The notes: generated from the sequence alone by a model not told the origin. A DNA stretch of 58,869 bases, filler included, from Catajapyx aquilonaris (GCA_000934665.2; 2 parts of 2 records of this genome joined end to end with filler, not necessarily neighbours in it); one strand, 5' to 3'; numbered from the whole stretch's first letter, positions 11,161 to 23,421 are shown. Program-made: numbers and translations.

Positions 11161-12178
11161 GGTGGATATGAAGCTACTTGCTAGTCAACTGAGAGTCTAG
11201 AATTGGAATGTTAATAAGAAGGGCTAAAATCAGGGAAACATATCCACCCGATGCAGCAGTAAATGCTGTTCAATCCTATTCATTCCATTCCAATCTGCGT
11301 TTTAAATTCGATTTAATACGGGCCAATTATCGGCTAGATGTTTTTGTGCGCAGTCGCAATTGTCACGGCTGCCAACTGTAACTGGCGATTTGGAGGCATG
11401 CTCCAAAATTATTTCTTTAAGGATAGAAAACAATTTTATTGGGTTGCAATTACCTTATCATAGCATGTACCTAACTTTTCACAAGTACTTCGAGAGTGGA
11501 GCCTGCAGCCCTTCATCTGTATCGGATTTAGACAAATTAGTCGAAAGTGAGTTGGTCACACTGCGTCAGGATGGACGTGGCAACAATAGTGCAGGCAAAA
11601 CTCTCTTCACCTCTATCAAAGATGGCAGCCACGGCCTATTCCTTTTTTCCGGCGTACGGCTGCGATTTACAAACGGAATTACACATGCGGAATTTGCGAA
11701 TTGATGCAGCAGGAGATGTGCACATTCAATCTGAACAACGATCTGAACAATTACTAACGTCCCCATGCCGATGGCGGGATACTGTATCGACACCGTATAA
11801 GCGGTGTTGCCACTTCTTTCCTTGCCTTTTTGCCACGTGACGTCACTAGATTGGTTTTTCGCGGTTTTTCGAAAATACCAATTTAAGCAATACGGTAAGG
11901 TGTACTTTTCTTTTCCGAATTACGATCTATACATTATTCCCCACATTTTACATATTTTATTTTAAAATTCTCATTTACTTAGGATTTGTTTGCGGACGCT
12001 TGGAAAATCTGCCATAAACCCCCATGTTAAATCGCGAACTCCTGAGCCCTCCAGTTGGCTAATTTGGACGGTGACGTGTATTTTTTTGCACCATTGATAA
12101 GAGGACACAAAACTGTCTAACATACGGCATGTTTTTTTCATAAAATTCTCATTATGTGACTCTAGCTTCATATCCACC
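11161..12178. mobile_element. Non-autonomous Kolobok-like DNA transposon
   Basis: TTAA|GGTGGATATGAAGCTA...TAGCTTCATATCCACC|TTAA: 16-bp terminal inverted repeat (TIR), purine-purine terminus, TTAA TSD. THAP-like remnant ACVIPFVNRSRTPEK on minus 11641-11688. Confidence 0.75.
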
Positions 12179-13699
12179 TTAATACGTACATTTTGTTTTC
12201 CATATTTTTTTTAGCTGTCTACATTTTGTACCATTTCATACCGAAAACACACATGATCATTCTGCATTTAGGCTGTTCATATGTATAGGCGTATAGGCTA
12301 CTCCACTGCCTCAGAAGTTATTTTCTAATACGAAAAAAACTGACAGAGAGATAAAAACCAAAGCTATTATCTAAATATGTAGTTGTTGGTTGATGCTGAT
12401 CCCCATCAAGGTCAAGTCCATGCAGTAGATAACAATCTAATTACTTGGGAGGTGATTGCTGGTCACATGACCCAAGCCAGCCAATCATGGGCGCTGCAAC
12501 TAGGAATTTCTACTCCTCATTGGCGTATTTACAATTTACAGTCTGTCATGGGACCTTTGAGGCCGCGTGCACCACTATTGGCAAGACCATGGCTGTAGGG
12601 CAAGACTATTGGTACAGTACGGTATAGCCTACGACTTTTTTTAAACCCAAGCGCGAATTTACGGGAGATTTTTGGGCGGAATAAATTTTTTACCCCCTCC
12701 AAAACCTCTAGGAAAATCTAGTGGTTTCATGTAGATTTGTCACCACCCAGTCCTGCTATTGCAAGTGGCCCATTGACCTTGTGAAGCAACAGATGATGCT
12801 ACTTTTGTATGCTACTACCCTAGGGTTTGACCAGACATGTCAGTTGACGTGTCAAAAAATTACTGGTGACCTTTCGGTATTTTTTGGGATGATTTGTCCT
12901 CGAATCGCCCCACCAGGATGCTAAAGCAGTAACATGAATCGGGCGTGACATTCTTTATTGTGGGATCCCCGACGGGTCGAAGAAACGCTACCTTTTCAGC
13001 AAGGACATGCTGGGTGAGTTAATTTTAAAGCGACGACGACGGGCCCTTGGAGGGTTGATTTGTGGCAGGAAACCCGATGCCCTCCTGATACCGCCAACTA
13101 AGTCCGGTTCTTTAAAAAAAAAACAAAAAAAAACGGATCTCTGTGTCCAATTCATGGCACTGCACTGTTGCAATATGTCGCTGTTTTTTGTTGTTGTGTT
13201 TGTTCCGATCTGACAAATACGCCTCTTTTCCACAGGGCACGTGTCCCTTAAGTGCACCACTTTCGGTATGAATGTGGCACCTGCCAATCAACAAGTAGGT
13301 ACCTTAATAGTAAAAGGCCGAAGCTTATGGTCCTTCCAGGAAGGCTGCAGGTGGTCATTTGAAAATTTACCAAAAGTCTCCCCAGCAACAACCCCGATCC
13401 CTATGGTTGCCCTTTTAAATCCTCGATGGGCACCGCCTTGAAAGGAAAGACGAGGCTATCAGGAGGCTATGTCCCTCGCATTCCTTGGGGATCTGGCTAA
13501 TGACCACTGACCTTTGTACCCCACTCCGCTTCCGAAGCCCCCCTCCACAAAAATGGGCCGCAGTCCTCCTCACATTTAGCGGGCGTGTTTATTGGGGTGT
13601 TTATTGGTGAGTCGTTGAAAACCGTTTGCCTCTAACGCCTTTGTCTGACCAATCGCCGCAGCTTGGTCCGCATATCCGGTCCCCTAAGCCTCCGCAGAA

Positions 13700-14338
13700 A
13701 AAAGGAGGTTATAACCGAGGTCTGTTATAGCCAAATGGTTTTTATTTTATTTTATTACCCCGTGATACACAGCAGTCTGGAAGTCATTTTCTAGTATGGT
13801 ATTTACGTCGCTCTCCGGTGCAGGGAATCAAGGACCCTGCCGGGAATGGTATTTTCGGGGGCAGCGACACGGGTGCAAGGGCAATGTCAAGCGCTGGGGC
13901 ATATGCAGTCCCCCAGGAGGTTAGGTTGCCAGACACACCTCCAAGGTGCGGGTCAGAGACCCTCCTGAAGCAGCCGAAAGGGAAATCCCGGGCGGGGATC
14001 GAACCGTGGACCTTTCGATCAGCAAGCCGAGACGTTACCATCACGGCCACCACACCTCCCCCAAAAATGCAATATTAGCTCACCCGAAAATTATGCAGGA
14101 CCAAAATATCCCAAATTTTCTTCTGCCATCTCCTTTTTGCAAATTTGATGGCATCACCAATGGACCAAGAAATGGTATGTTATACCAGAGGCGAGGTTGT
14201 GAAAATGAGTATGTTACATCAAGGAGTAAAAATACACAGGGCCTTATGGAAGCATGCCGAAACCGGCCTTTATAACCGAAGGTCTGTTATAGCCGAGGCT
14301 GTTACCGACTTACCGTATATATCCGGATTCAACTGTAA
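13700..14338. mobile_element. Tc1/mariner (pogo/Tigger-like) MITE remnant hosting a SINE
   Basis: Right end ATATCCGGATTCAACTG|TA; repeated TTATAACCGA(A)GGTCTGTTATAGCC at about 13709 and 14269; left TIR not found. Confidence 0.45.
13740..14062 (-). mobile_element. tRNA-derived SINE, family A
   Basis: Reverse complement aligns with 5568-5936; A box TGGCCGTGATGG, B box GGTTCGATCC; AT-rich tail. Confidence 0.85.
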
Positions 14339-14454
14339 TAAGTGGCGTAACATTCGGCCAACAATAATATTTTAGGGGCCATAGCCCCTAAGTAAGACCG
14401 TAGCATAGCATTTCAACGATGAATTTTTTCAACATTTTCTTGTTACGTTTTTTT

Positions 14455-14530
14455 TTTAAATTCGTCCTAACTCAAGTTCTTCTGTAGATGTAGAACTTCC
14501 TAATTTTGAACACAGATCCCCACCGTCGTG
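14455..14530 (-). mobile_element. Diverged copy of a LINE-like 3' end also present at the ends of the 15.1-16.0 kb palindrome
   Basis: TTCGTCCTAACTCAAGTTCT...CACAGATCCCCACCGT matches 15925-15984. Confidence 0.55.
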
Positions 14531-15106
14531 AAGTGCATTCCTACCATTTACAGCTAAACTCAATTCCTCTTCAAAGCGCCTCAAAAAATTTAAAACCCAC
14601 TAAACCGACGATTTCAGCAAATTCGTCTGGTACGGTTCTCAATGTAGATATTCTGCATATTTTAACGTATATGCTATTTCATAATTAAATCAGACTATAA
14701 CCGTTGGCCGGTAACAGTAGAATTTCGTTTTTTTTACGCCTATCTCTGTTAAAATCATTTTAGGGACCTCTAAGCGACGAAAATCGTCTCTAATACATTC
14801 ACAGTGCAGACTCTAGTGTATAGAGCATATAAACGTGTTAGCATGATATGAAATACGTATAGCACTATATAGCTGTTATTATTATTTTGTAAAATATCTT
14901 GTCCTTATCTTCAGAGTACGTGTATGAGAAAATCTTGGCGATGCATCGCGATGGCGGTATAGCTGGTAGCGAAGGGGTTTTTAAAAAAAAGAACTGAAAT
15001 AAGAGCAAAAACATTCTCTTCATTGAAAAAAGGGTAGTAAGACCTCCGTAGCGGAATGAAAGTACTGAAACAAGGCAGGCGCACGTAAGACTTTCACCAA
15101 TATTGA

Positions 15107-15863
15107 GGTGGGGATCTGTGGTCAAAATGGAAGCTCTACCTACAGCAGAACTTGAGTTAGGGCGAATAAAATGATGATGATGATGATGATTATTATAGTA
15201 TTTATAGTACTGACGTCACAAGCCTATCGTTAATAGTTGCATTGCCCCACTAATAACATGGATAAGTATTCAGACTGCCGAATGCCTGCAGTCTGAACAC
15301 GGCACAATCCGTAAATAATGCATTTTTCCCTCTATTGCCACATACGGGTAGGTTGAAAAGGTTCCACAAGTAGAGGCCCAAACTAACCGGCTTTAATTAG
15401 ATTATATCGTGTTGAAGGGATTCATTTTAAATAATGAATAATTAATCATAATCATAATCATCATAAATGTGGTGCATCCACATTATGTAATGTGGATGCA
15501 AGATGTGGATGCACCTTATAAGGCCCTTATAAGGTGCATCCACATTACATACATTCATAGCCATACATACTATAGTATGTAATGTGGATGCACCACATTT
15601 ATGATGATTATGATTATGATTAATTATTCATTATTTAAAATGAATCCCTTCAACACGATATAATCTAATTAAAGCCGGTTAGTTTGGGCCTCTACTTGTG
15701 GTACCTTTTCAACCTACCCTTCTGTGGCAATAGAGGGAAAAATGCATTATTTACGGATTGTGCCGTGTTCAGACTGCTTAGCAGGCATTCGGCAGTCTGA
15801 ATACTTATCCATGTTATTAGTGGGGCAATGCAACTATTAACGATAGGCTTGTGACGTCAGTAC

Positions 15864-15905
<42 letters not shown>

Positions 15906-15982
15906 CATCATCATCATAATTTTATTCGCCCTAACTCAAGTTCTGGTAGGTAGAGCTTCCATTTTGACCACAGATCCCCACC
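15107..15982. repeat. 876-bp imperfect inverted duplication with nested central hairpins
   Basis: Arms of about 380 bp (GGTGGGGATCTGTGG... / ...CCACAGATCCCCACC) with a few indels and substitutions; the centre is built of GCATCCACAT/ATGTGGATGC foldbacks. Confidence 0.95.
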
Positions 15983-15990
15983 GTAAGTCC

Positions 15991-16231
15991 GTAACCCTAG
16001 TAACAGTGCAACAGATGAACTTGCATAATTATTATTCTCACAGCCCTGTTACTGTCACATTTTTCACCATAACATAACATCCACAGGGCTGTAGCTGTAT
16101 GACCCTTTATACAGGGTCATACAGCTACAGCCCAGTGGTTGTTATGTTATGGTGAAAAATGTGACAGTAACAGGGCTGTGAGAATAATAATTAATATGCA
16201 AGTTCATCTGTTGCACTGTTACTAGGGTTAC
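15991..16231. repeat. 241-bp near-perfect palindrome
   Basis: GTAACCCTAGTAACAGTGC...GCACTGTTACTAGGGTTAC with apex near 16108. Confidence 0.95.
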
Positions 16232-17739
16232 TAGAGGTTGTATCCCTGAATATTCGTCATCCATTTTCGCGCACTTTATCTCTGGCGGGCCCGTATCAAA
16301 TGTTTGAAAACAATGTATCTCCAGAGATACATTGCCAATTAAACGGTTAAGTGAGGTAATAAGGTATGATGAAATCAATCGAATTTTTTGCAATGTCTGA
16401 TTCAGATGCAATGATCATTATTCATTAAGATTAAGCTGTCCCCACCCTGGAAGTTCAAATTATCTGGTATGATACTGTACTAGCTGGGGACCCATTCTTC
16501 ACACGGGTGGAGCAGGGTATTCGCAGGAATTCATCTGCCACAATGATACAAGTGGTAAAGGATGTGTATGGTAGAGGCATGGCATGGGCTCGAAAGGTCC
16601 TCGACGCTAAGTCTAGGAGATGTCGACCTTTGACATCGACGATGTGTATCCTTACAAGTAGGGATACCCCCCTACATTCCTGCATTGCTGGTTGCCGAAC
16701 TCAGTCCTGTTGAGCAATGGTCTGGCAGTGCGAGCCCCTGGCCCCGGCAACCAGTAATGCAGTACGGGGGTATCCATACTTGTCAGGGTAGACGTCGTCG
16801 ATGTGGTCGTCGCCGGTCTTTCGAATTCATGCCATGTTTCTTCCATACGCAACGCCCTACCATCCGCATAATTATTTTTGGCAGATGAATTCATGAACAT
16901 GCTATAATATCTGTCATCTCCGCATATCTATCCGCTTACGCCGGCTTACACGGCCCGGAATGACAACGGAAAAGCTGCGGAATAAGTAACGTAGGGAATG
17001 GCTACGTAATGGATGCGGTGTGGTGTACGTAAGGTTGGTGTAAGGTAGCTTCCCACCCACGCATACTGGTATCCAGACCAGGAAAAAAAACCCTAAATTT
17101 TGGGTACTACTTAGACTCAAAAAAGTGCCGTTTTCGGACCTTCCCCTCAATCAGCAGCAAGCAATCCATCAGTAGTCAGCAAGTGAGTTAGGTAGATGGG
17201 ATGGGGTAGATGTAAAAACTTTCTGCTTTATACAAGACTATAAAAACCCTCACTTCGCTCGCTTTTTTCTAGTTATGCAAAATAAGATGTAAAATAAATT
17301 CCCCCAGGGTCTTTGAATCACCGCGTCAGAAAAACTATCGTCCCCTCTCTTATCATTGATACCATGGTTTCACACTGTTCCACGTGTACGAAGAGTATTT
17401 TTAAAAAAAACTGCAGCACGGCACACCGCAGATTCACCGTCGGTATATATTATTTACGTCACACTTGGGGTTAATTATCCAGGGGAAAAATGGCATCTCC
17501 AAGTAGCCTTACGTACCTTTCAACGCCGCACTGTCTTCTTGGCTGGAGAGGAACTGGACTTTGTGGACTACTCAGTAGACTACTCACTACTGGAGTGGAC
17601 TCAGTGGAGCTGTGGAGGGAGGCACCTGCTGTGGAGCGCACTACTCAATGGTTGGCCCGGTCCCGGTTGGATGGGGGGTTGGGGGGAGGAAGGTTGCAGG
17701 TGGAGGAACAGTCACAGCGTCACAAGTGGTGCGGTTGGT

Positions 17740-17972
17740 CATGGCCCTCATGGGGCAATAAAGTCACGTGATATGGGGCCCAAGGAAGAAAGGAAGGCTT
17801 GGGTCGGTGGCTGAAGCAGGCTGAAATAAGGGTCGAGGAAGTGGAATTGTGGTGGGGAAGCGGAAAGAATCACCAAGCTCTGCTTGGTAACCATTTTCAT
17901 TCGCTTTTGTCTCTTTCGATTACATGGGAATACGAAATATGAGTGGGCCTGGTCCATGTTATGCCACCTGTC
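17740..17972 (-). repeat. Old dispersed duplication (paralog at 24245-24452)
   Basis: Colinear shared blocks GGGGCAAT, GAAAGGAAGGCTT, ATTCGCTTTTG and GGTCCATGT(T/C)ATGC(C/A)ACCTGTCC. Confidence 0.7.
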
Positions 17973-19946
17973 CGAGACAACCCCGCATGTCTGGCTAGGT
18001 AACTTTCCGGACCGATTTTCCTGCGCCTTTGTCCCGGTTACCATGCTTTTCATCCACATGCAAAACTTGTCACTATTGGTGCAATGTCTTCTTGCATATT
18101 AATTTTAGGCGGCATATGGGTCCATCTCAGATTCTCAGTCGGGACAAAATATGAAGCATGACAGCATACAAAGTTGAACATCCGAAGGGAGAGAAAAAAT
18201 AATTTAAAATTAAACAAAATCGCAGTTACATCATCCTCCAGTACACTGGCCATCTGATAGTGCAAAAAAAAGAAAAAATCAAAAACAGGAGGAAGCAGGG
18301 GAAATGTCGAAACACCGGAGTCTCACAGAAGCAGGCGTCTGGTCGTGTAAAAAGAGAACAACAGGAAAGACTCGATGTTCCAATGCTCGAATGCAAGCTG
18401 ATAAGGAGGAATCGTATTCACCATGTAGATCAGTTACTTAATCCTTTCACGACCAAAGTCAGACGATTAGCAACCCTGGCAGGAAATGATGCGTGTCAGC
18501 AGAAAATGTAGGCACCCGATGAGTAATCTATAGTCCATTGTCTTTCAAGATACATTTAGACCGAGAAAAACAGCCAGTAAATCTGACCTCAGATGACCGG
18601 ACAGGAGGAAGCAGTTATTGAGGGCCAAAGGCAAAGTACCCACTCCTTTTATCCTCCTCCGACACCAGGTGCAACGCACTTAATTGGACAGTAAAACCTT
18701 AGTTATAGTTTAAGTTAAGATTGGGGTTTTACGAGGTTCGTTAGATGATTGTTAAACATATTTACAGGAGGTGTTACATAATTATGCATATAAGTTAACT
18801 TGCTTTACTTGGTTTACCTTTACCATTTTTATTGGGAAATGGTGTGACGGGTTGCTGATTTATCTGTTAGTTTTTAGCTGAGAGCAGACACACTGAAAAC
18901 ATGGCTGTTAAAACCAGTTCAAGTTCAAAACAAGATAATTCCCACAACATGCTGACATAGAAAAAAGGAAGAGCCGGATTAGTTGTGAGATCTGCCGGGC
19001 TCTTTTCTATTGGCTGATGCAATACCCCGATGGCCAGAGAGCCACAACCACCAACGACTAACATAAAGATCAAAAGTCAAGCCATGTGACTATAAAAATC
19101 TGATTATTTATTCAAAGTATATCTCCAAAATATATTCAACATTCAACTTTCATGAGTGCGCCGGAGTGTGGATTCAAGGAGAGGAATGAGGCCTAATAGA
19201 TTTATAATTTATTAGGAAAATTATTTCGGCCTATAATATCCTTTACATTCTTTTACACTCCATTCAATGCTGAATCTTCCGGCACACTTAACAACACACC
19301 TCATCTCACAGCACAGGGGTGAAGAGTATCACATAGATCATCATCCCACATCACGGATGCTCACAAAGTGTACCGTATATCACGTCATTTATCCGTTCCG
19401 TGTGCGACAACAAGTACCTTACATGACGTAAGTACTAATGTACTATATAGTACAAAAATGATGAGTAGGCCTAAGCTGTTGGGGCCACTTTTAAAATTAA
19501 AACTACCGGCATACAAATATTATAAAGAAGCATTTCCGCATAACAATAATATACACTCTGAAAACGTCTGTACAGTAATAATAATAACGTAATAATAGTA
19601 TCTGCCGTAAGCCCGTAACATAGGAACAAAACTCGTAGAAAAATACAGATGACTTTCATATAATGTGTGCGGGAAGATGGAAGTTTTTTTGTTTGTTGTT
19701 TTGTTTGTGTTTTTTTACTGGCCATATAAAAAAATTATAAACCACACGAGGGGCGTTATGCAGCCGTAAATGTTTGTTACCTCCCCTTGAAGAATAGACA
19801 AATGTAGGAATATGACTACGTCACGTGGAAAACAACTGTATTTTATTCCACTCAGTTATGTAAGTGGAAACTGAACGAGAGTGTATAGGACTACCAAAAT
19901 TCAAACTAATATCACATCGAGTCTTCGGGTTCAGAAACAATGCATA

Positions 19947-19947
19947 C

Positions 19948-20038
<91 letters not shown>

Positions 20039-20320
20039 ATTAGGCCTATTCATACCCCGTTATCAGCCTATCGGCTCTTTAGGGGGGAAGTTTTGTTTTG
20101 CCTGGAACTCTTTGCTTTCATTTTACTGCGCATTTTGGGATAGGATAGGGACGGAAGGAAGCGGCTGTGGCCTATTAATTAAGGAAGCAACTCCGGAATT
20201 TTCCTGGAAGGACCGTGGGAAACCACAGAAAACCACGGTCATAGTTGCCGGCCCCGGGATTCGAACCCAGGACCTCCCGATTAGCAGTCGGACGCCTTAT
20301 CCACTATGCCAACCTGCTTC
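19947..20320 (-). mobile_element. tRNA-derived SINE, family B, with expanded (TAT)n tail
   Basis: Minus-strand A box TGGCATAGTGG and B box GGTTCGAATCC; highly similar to 27887-28168; about 30 AAT units at 19947-20040. Confidence 0.9.
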
Positions 20321-20489
20321 GGTGATTTTGAGATATCTTATCGAATAATTTGTATACAAATAACAGGGTGTCCGTTAAGTTAATTAGGCTCTCAGATTTT
20401 TTTAAAACCTTCAAAATTCATGGCCGTACTTTGGCTACGCTCTACTTTTATGGGACTTAACGAGCGGCCAAAAGAGAATATGTCTTTAC

Positions 20490-20612
20490 GTTACCCCGTG
20501 ACAAGGCTGACCCTTTTTAGGGGGGTGGAATACCACCATTTCACTCCATTTTCCTATATTAACTTCATTCACCGGTGCAAGGAGTCAAGGATGTAGGGTA
20601 TAGGGATAGGGA
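20490..20612 (-). mobile_element. 3' fragment of SINE family A
   Basis: Reverse complement contains TATACCCTACATCCTT and AATGGTGGTATTCCACCCCCC...CACGGGGTAA as in 5568-5936. Confidence 0.75.
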
Positions 20613-21343
20613 AACCTATTCAGCTATGAGCTAGGCCTACGTATAAACACAGCTAGTGTTGTATCTACCGCGCATCAAAACCATTATTTTAGCCCATTAC
20701 GTATTAAAATAATCTTTTCTCCTAATAAAAGTATTAATACAAGGTAGCTATACTGATGCGACGGCATAGAGATGTTGAGCACCACTTGACATTTTTTGAA
20801 TAGAGATAACGGATTTTTAAGCCTATGGATCACCCTATCAGCCAATCCAATTGCTATGTCTCTTGGTCACTCCAAAACATGTGAAAGTCCCTTGGCCCAA
20901 GATGTGGATCATATATGCTGGCCATTTCGAGGATACTCAAAGATGTTGCACTGTAGTACTGGAAGGATGCACGGCAATGCCTGCTGCACATGACAGTCCT
21001 TGCACGGGTAATACTCAAACTCCTTTTGAGTTCAAAATTGTGCAACATTGAGCCCACAGACCCTGATTCAGATCTTGGACCAAGCGACACACTATCATGG
21101 ACAAGCAACCATCAATTGGGGTGAGGTGTGTTGGTGTGGTGCCAGGTAGTGGGGTGAGATTGTGACAGCTCATTTTGGGACAATAACAATGCGCGCCTCT
21201 ACTGGCAACAAGCGAATTTAGGCATGATTTACTACATTGAGGGGTGGTCAAGGTTGGCAATGACGAGTAAAATTCGAGGTAGGGCGCACTGTTGTCCAAA
21301 AAAATGCGTTGGCACAATTTCACCCCAATTGACGGTATTTCAT

Positions 21344-22213
21344 TTATGTGCTTGAACTATAGTTGTTACGGAATAGCCGGTAACGCTTTGCATGCATCAT
21401 CAGCAGGTGCCCCTCGTAATCATTCTCTCCCCAAGCCATGTAGGGGCACATCAGGCACTTGCGTATTTGGTCGTTCTTGTGCATCCTGAAGTGTAGCTTA
21501 AGATGGTCCAGCCTAAAAAATGCCTTTCCGCAGTTTGAGCATGTGTGAGGCTTTCCTTTTTTATGGGATCTCACGTGCCTGTTGAAGGACTTGCGATCTG
21601 TGTATGTCCGAGGGCAAAGAGTGCACGAAAATCTCGCCCTCGACTCGAAGTCCGGTTGGTGAGGTGTCCCAGCTGTGTCCTGAGACACGCTGATGGCACT
21701 CGAGGCCTGTGTGCACGGCTGGTCAGGTGCCCTGGTGTCCTGAGACACGCTGGCACACACAGCTGTGTCCTGAGACACGCTGGCACACACAGCTGTGTCC
21801 TGAGACACGCTGATGGCACTCGAGGCCTGTGTGCACGGCTGGTCAGGTGCCCTGGTGTCCTGAGACACGCTGGCACACACAGCTGTGTCCTGAGACACGC
21901 TGGCACACACAGCTGTGTCCTGAGACACGCTGGCACACACAGCTGTGTCCTGAGACACGCTGATGGCACACGAGGCCTGTATGCACGGCTGGTCAGGTGC
22001 CCTGGTGTCCTGAGACACGCTGGCACACCCAGCTGTGTCCTGAGACACGCTGATGGCACTCGAGGCCTGTGTGCACGGCTGGTCAGATGCCCTGATGTCC
22101 TGAGACACGCTGGCACACCCAGCTGTGTCCTGAGACACGCTGATGGCACTCGAGGCCTGTGTGCACGGCTGGTCAGGTGCCCTGGTGTCCTGAGACACGC
22201 TGGCACTCGAGGC
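21344..22213 (-). CDS. C2H2 zinc-finger protein, last exon (repeat tract plus three fingers)
   Basis: Acceptor ctttctgcaaacag|GCC (phase 0). Fingers: CTLC...HVRSH, linker KKGKPHT, CSNC...HFRMH, CLMC...HLLMMH. Stop at 21344. Confidence 0.85.
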   Translation of the reverse strand, partial: ASSASVSQDTRAPDQPCTQASSAISVSQDTAGCASVSQDIRASDQPCTQASSAISVSQDTAGCASVSQDTRAPDQPCIQASCAISVSQDTAVCASVSQDTAVCASVSQDTAVCASVSQDTRAPDQPCTQASSAISVSQDTAVCASVSQDTAVCASVSQDTRAPDQPCTQASSAISVSQDTAGTPHQPDFESRARFSCTLCPRTYTDRKSFNRHVRSHKKGKPHTCSNCGKAFFRLDHLKLHFRMHKNDQIRKCLMCPYMAWGENDYEGHLLMMHAKRYRLFRNNYSSST

Positions 22214-22216
22214 CTG
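21663..22216. repeat. Coding minisatellite of interleaved 30-bp and 60-bp units
   Basis: 13 copies of the core TGTCCTGAGACACGC joined by seven 30-bp and five 60-bp units; encodes ASVSQDTAVC and ASVSQDTRAPDQPCTQASSAISVSQDT repeats. Confidence 0.97.
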
Positions 22217-22532
22217 TTTGCAGAAAGACAACATATGACGACACAAACAGGATGCATGTACATTGTACACTAATATTACACTGAGTCTTAGAACAAGCCT
22301 ACTCTATATAGATTGACAGTGTCGGGGACGCAATTTCTGCAAGAATCAATCACCAGTGTGCTGATTTTTTTTTCATTACTGATTGTTTGGCGAGGTATTA
22401 TACTAATTACCCCCAAACTCTTGCGGGGAGAAGCAAAAGTGCATGGAATGAGCTGATTAATTTGTGCATATTAAATCACAAAAAGATAATGTCTACAAAA
22501 ATGCCCTAACTGACATAACGTGACACTATGCC

Positions 22533-22536
<4 letters not shown>

Positions 22537-22604
<68 letters not shown>

Positions 22605-22615
22605 TATAATTATTA

Positions 22616-22689
<74 letters not shown>

Positions 22690-22809
22690 ATTTTATTGAC
22701 TCCCAAAGCCTAGGCCGTATGGGAGGGAGGCACACACATTACATTGTTAAGTTGGATATCACAAAAATTCAATTTTTGTATCACTTCACAAAAAAATTTA
22801 TAAACCTGC
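22537..22809 (-). mobile_element. 5'-truncated LINE-like 3' end with 14-bp TSD and palindromic (AAT)n(ATT)n tail
   Basis: TSD ACACTATGCCAATA at 22523-22536 and 22810-22823; minus strand ends in the stem-loop CTCCCA..GCC-TA-GGC..TGGGAG, then AATAAA and (AAT)n. Confidence 0.75.
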
Positions 22810-23421
22810 ACACTATGCCAATATTTTTATTTAAAAAAATGCACTGTTTTATTTATCAATAGCACCATCAACGATCCTTAATTATAAGAATAATCCAGCC
22901 CTATATCCTACGCTGTGCCTCAAAAAATTTCTTCGAGGATGGAGTGTACTTGTACCACGATCATTTCTGTTGGACATTGTTCCCAATACCGTAATTATGT
23001 TAGATGAAAAAGTGAAGCTCAGTTTTTAGCTTTTTACTAAAGTTATCTGTTGTCTGAGTAATGAAAATCTAGAAAAGAATTGCAAATGGCCACAAAAGGC
23101 ACCATCAGGAACCTTCCAGATTTGCATATTTTTATAACAATGCAATGGCCAATTTTTTGAATAGCATACCGGTATTGTGCACTTAAATTGATGTTTAATA
23201 AAATAAATTCTGCTTGAACAATGGGCAATCATGCTTGCGCACATTTGTCATTTTATTAAATTGTTTGCAAATGTCATTAAAAATTTGGCCATCATCTGCA
23301 TTTGTCATAAAAATTAAATCCTATAGAAATTTTGCTGTTAACATGCGAAAAAATTGCAAAAGCTCAACGTTCAAGCCCTGCAGAGAATATATAATTATTA
23401 AGATGAAACATTGAATCTTAC

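Noticed and set aside
12700..13500. Possible Polinton-type protease or viral ORF (RFFDPSGIPQ on minus strand)
   Set aside because: One weak motif, catalytic His/Cys context not found, frames broken.
21663..22216. CRISPR-like array (palindromic core repeated at regular spacing)
   Set aside because: The spacers are themselves repeated, unit lengths are multiples of 3 inside a zinc-finger exon, no cas genes are present and the context is eukaryotic.
21545..22273. 242-aa plus-strand ORF and 230-aa alternative minus ORF
   Set aside because: By-products of the stop-free minisatellite; only the frame leading into the zinc fingers has support.
22506..22713. Poly-isoleucine ORFs on both strands
   Set aside because: Translation of (AAT)n/(ATT)n microsatellite.
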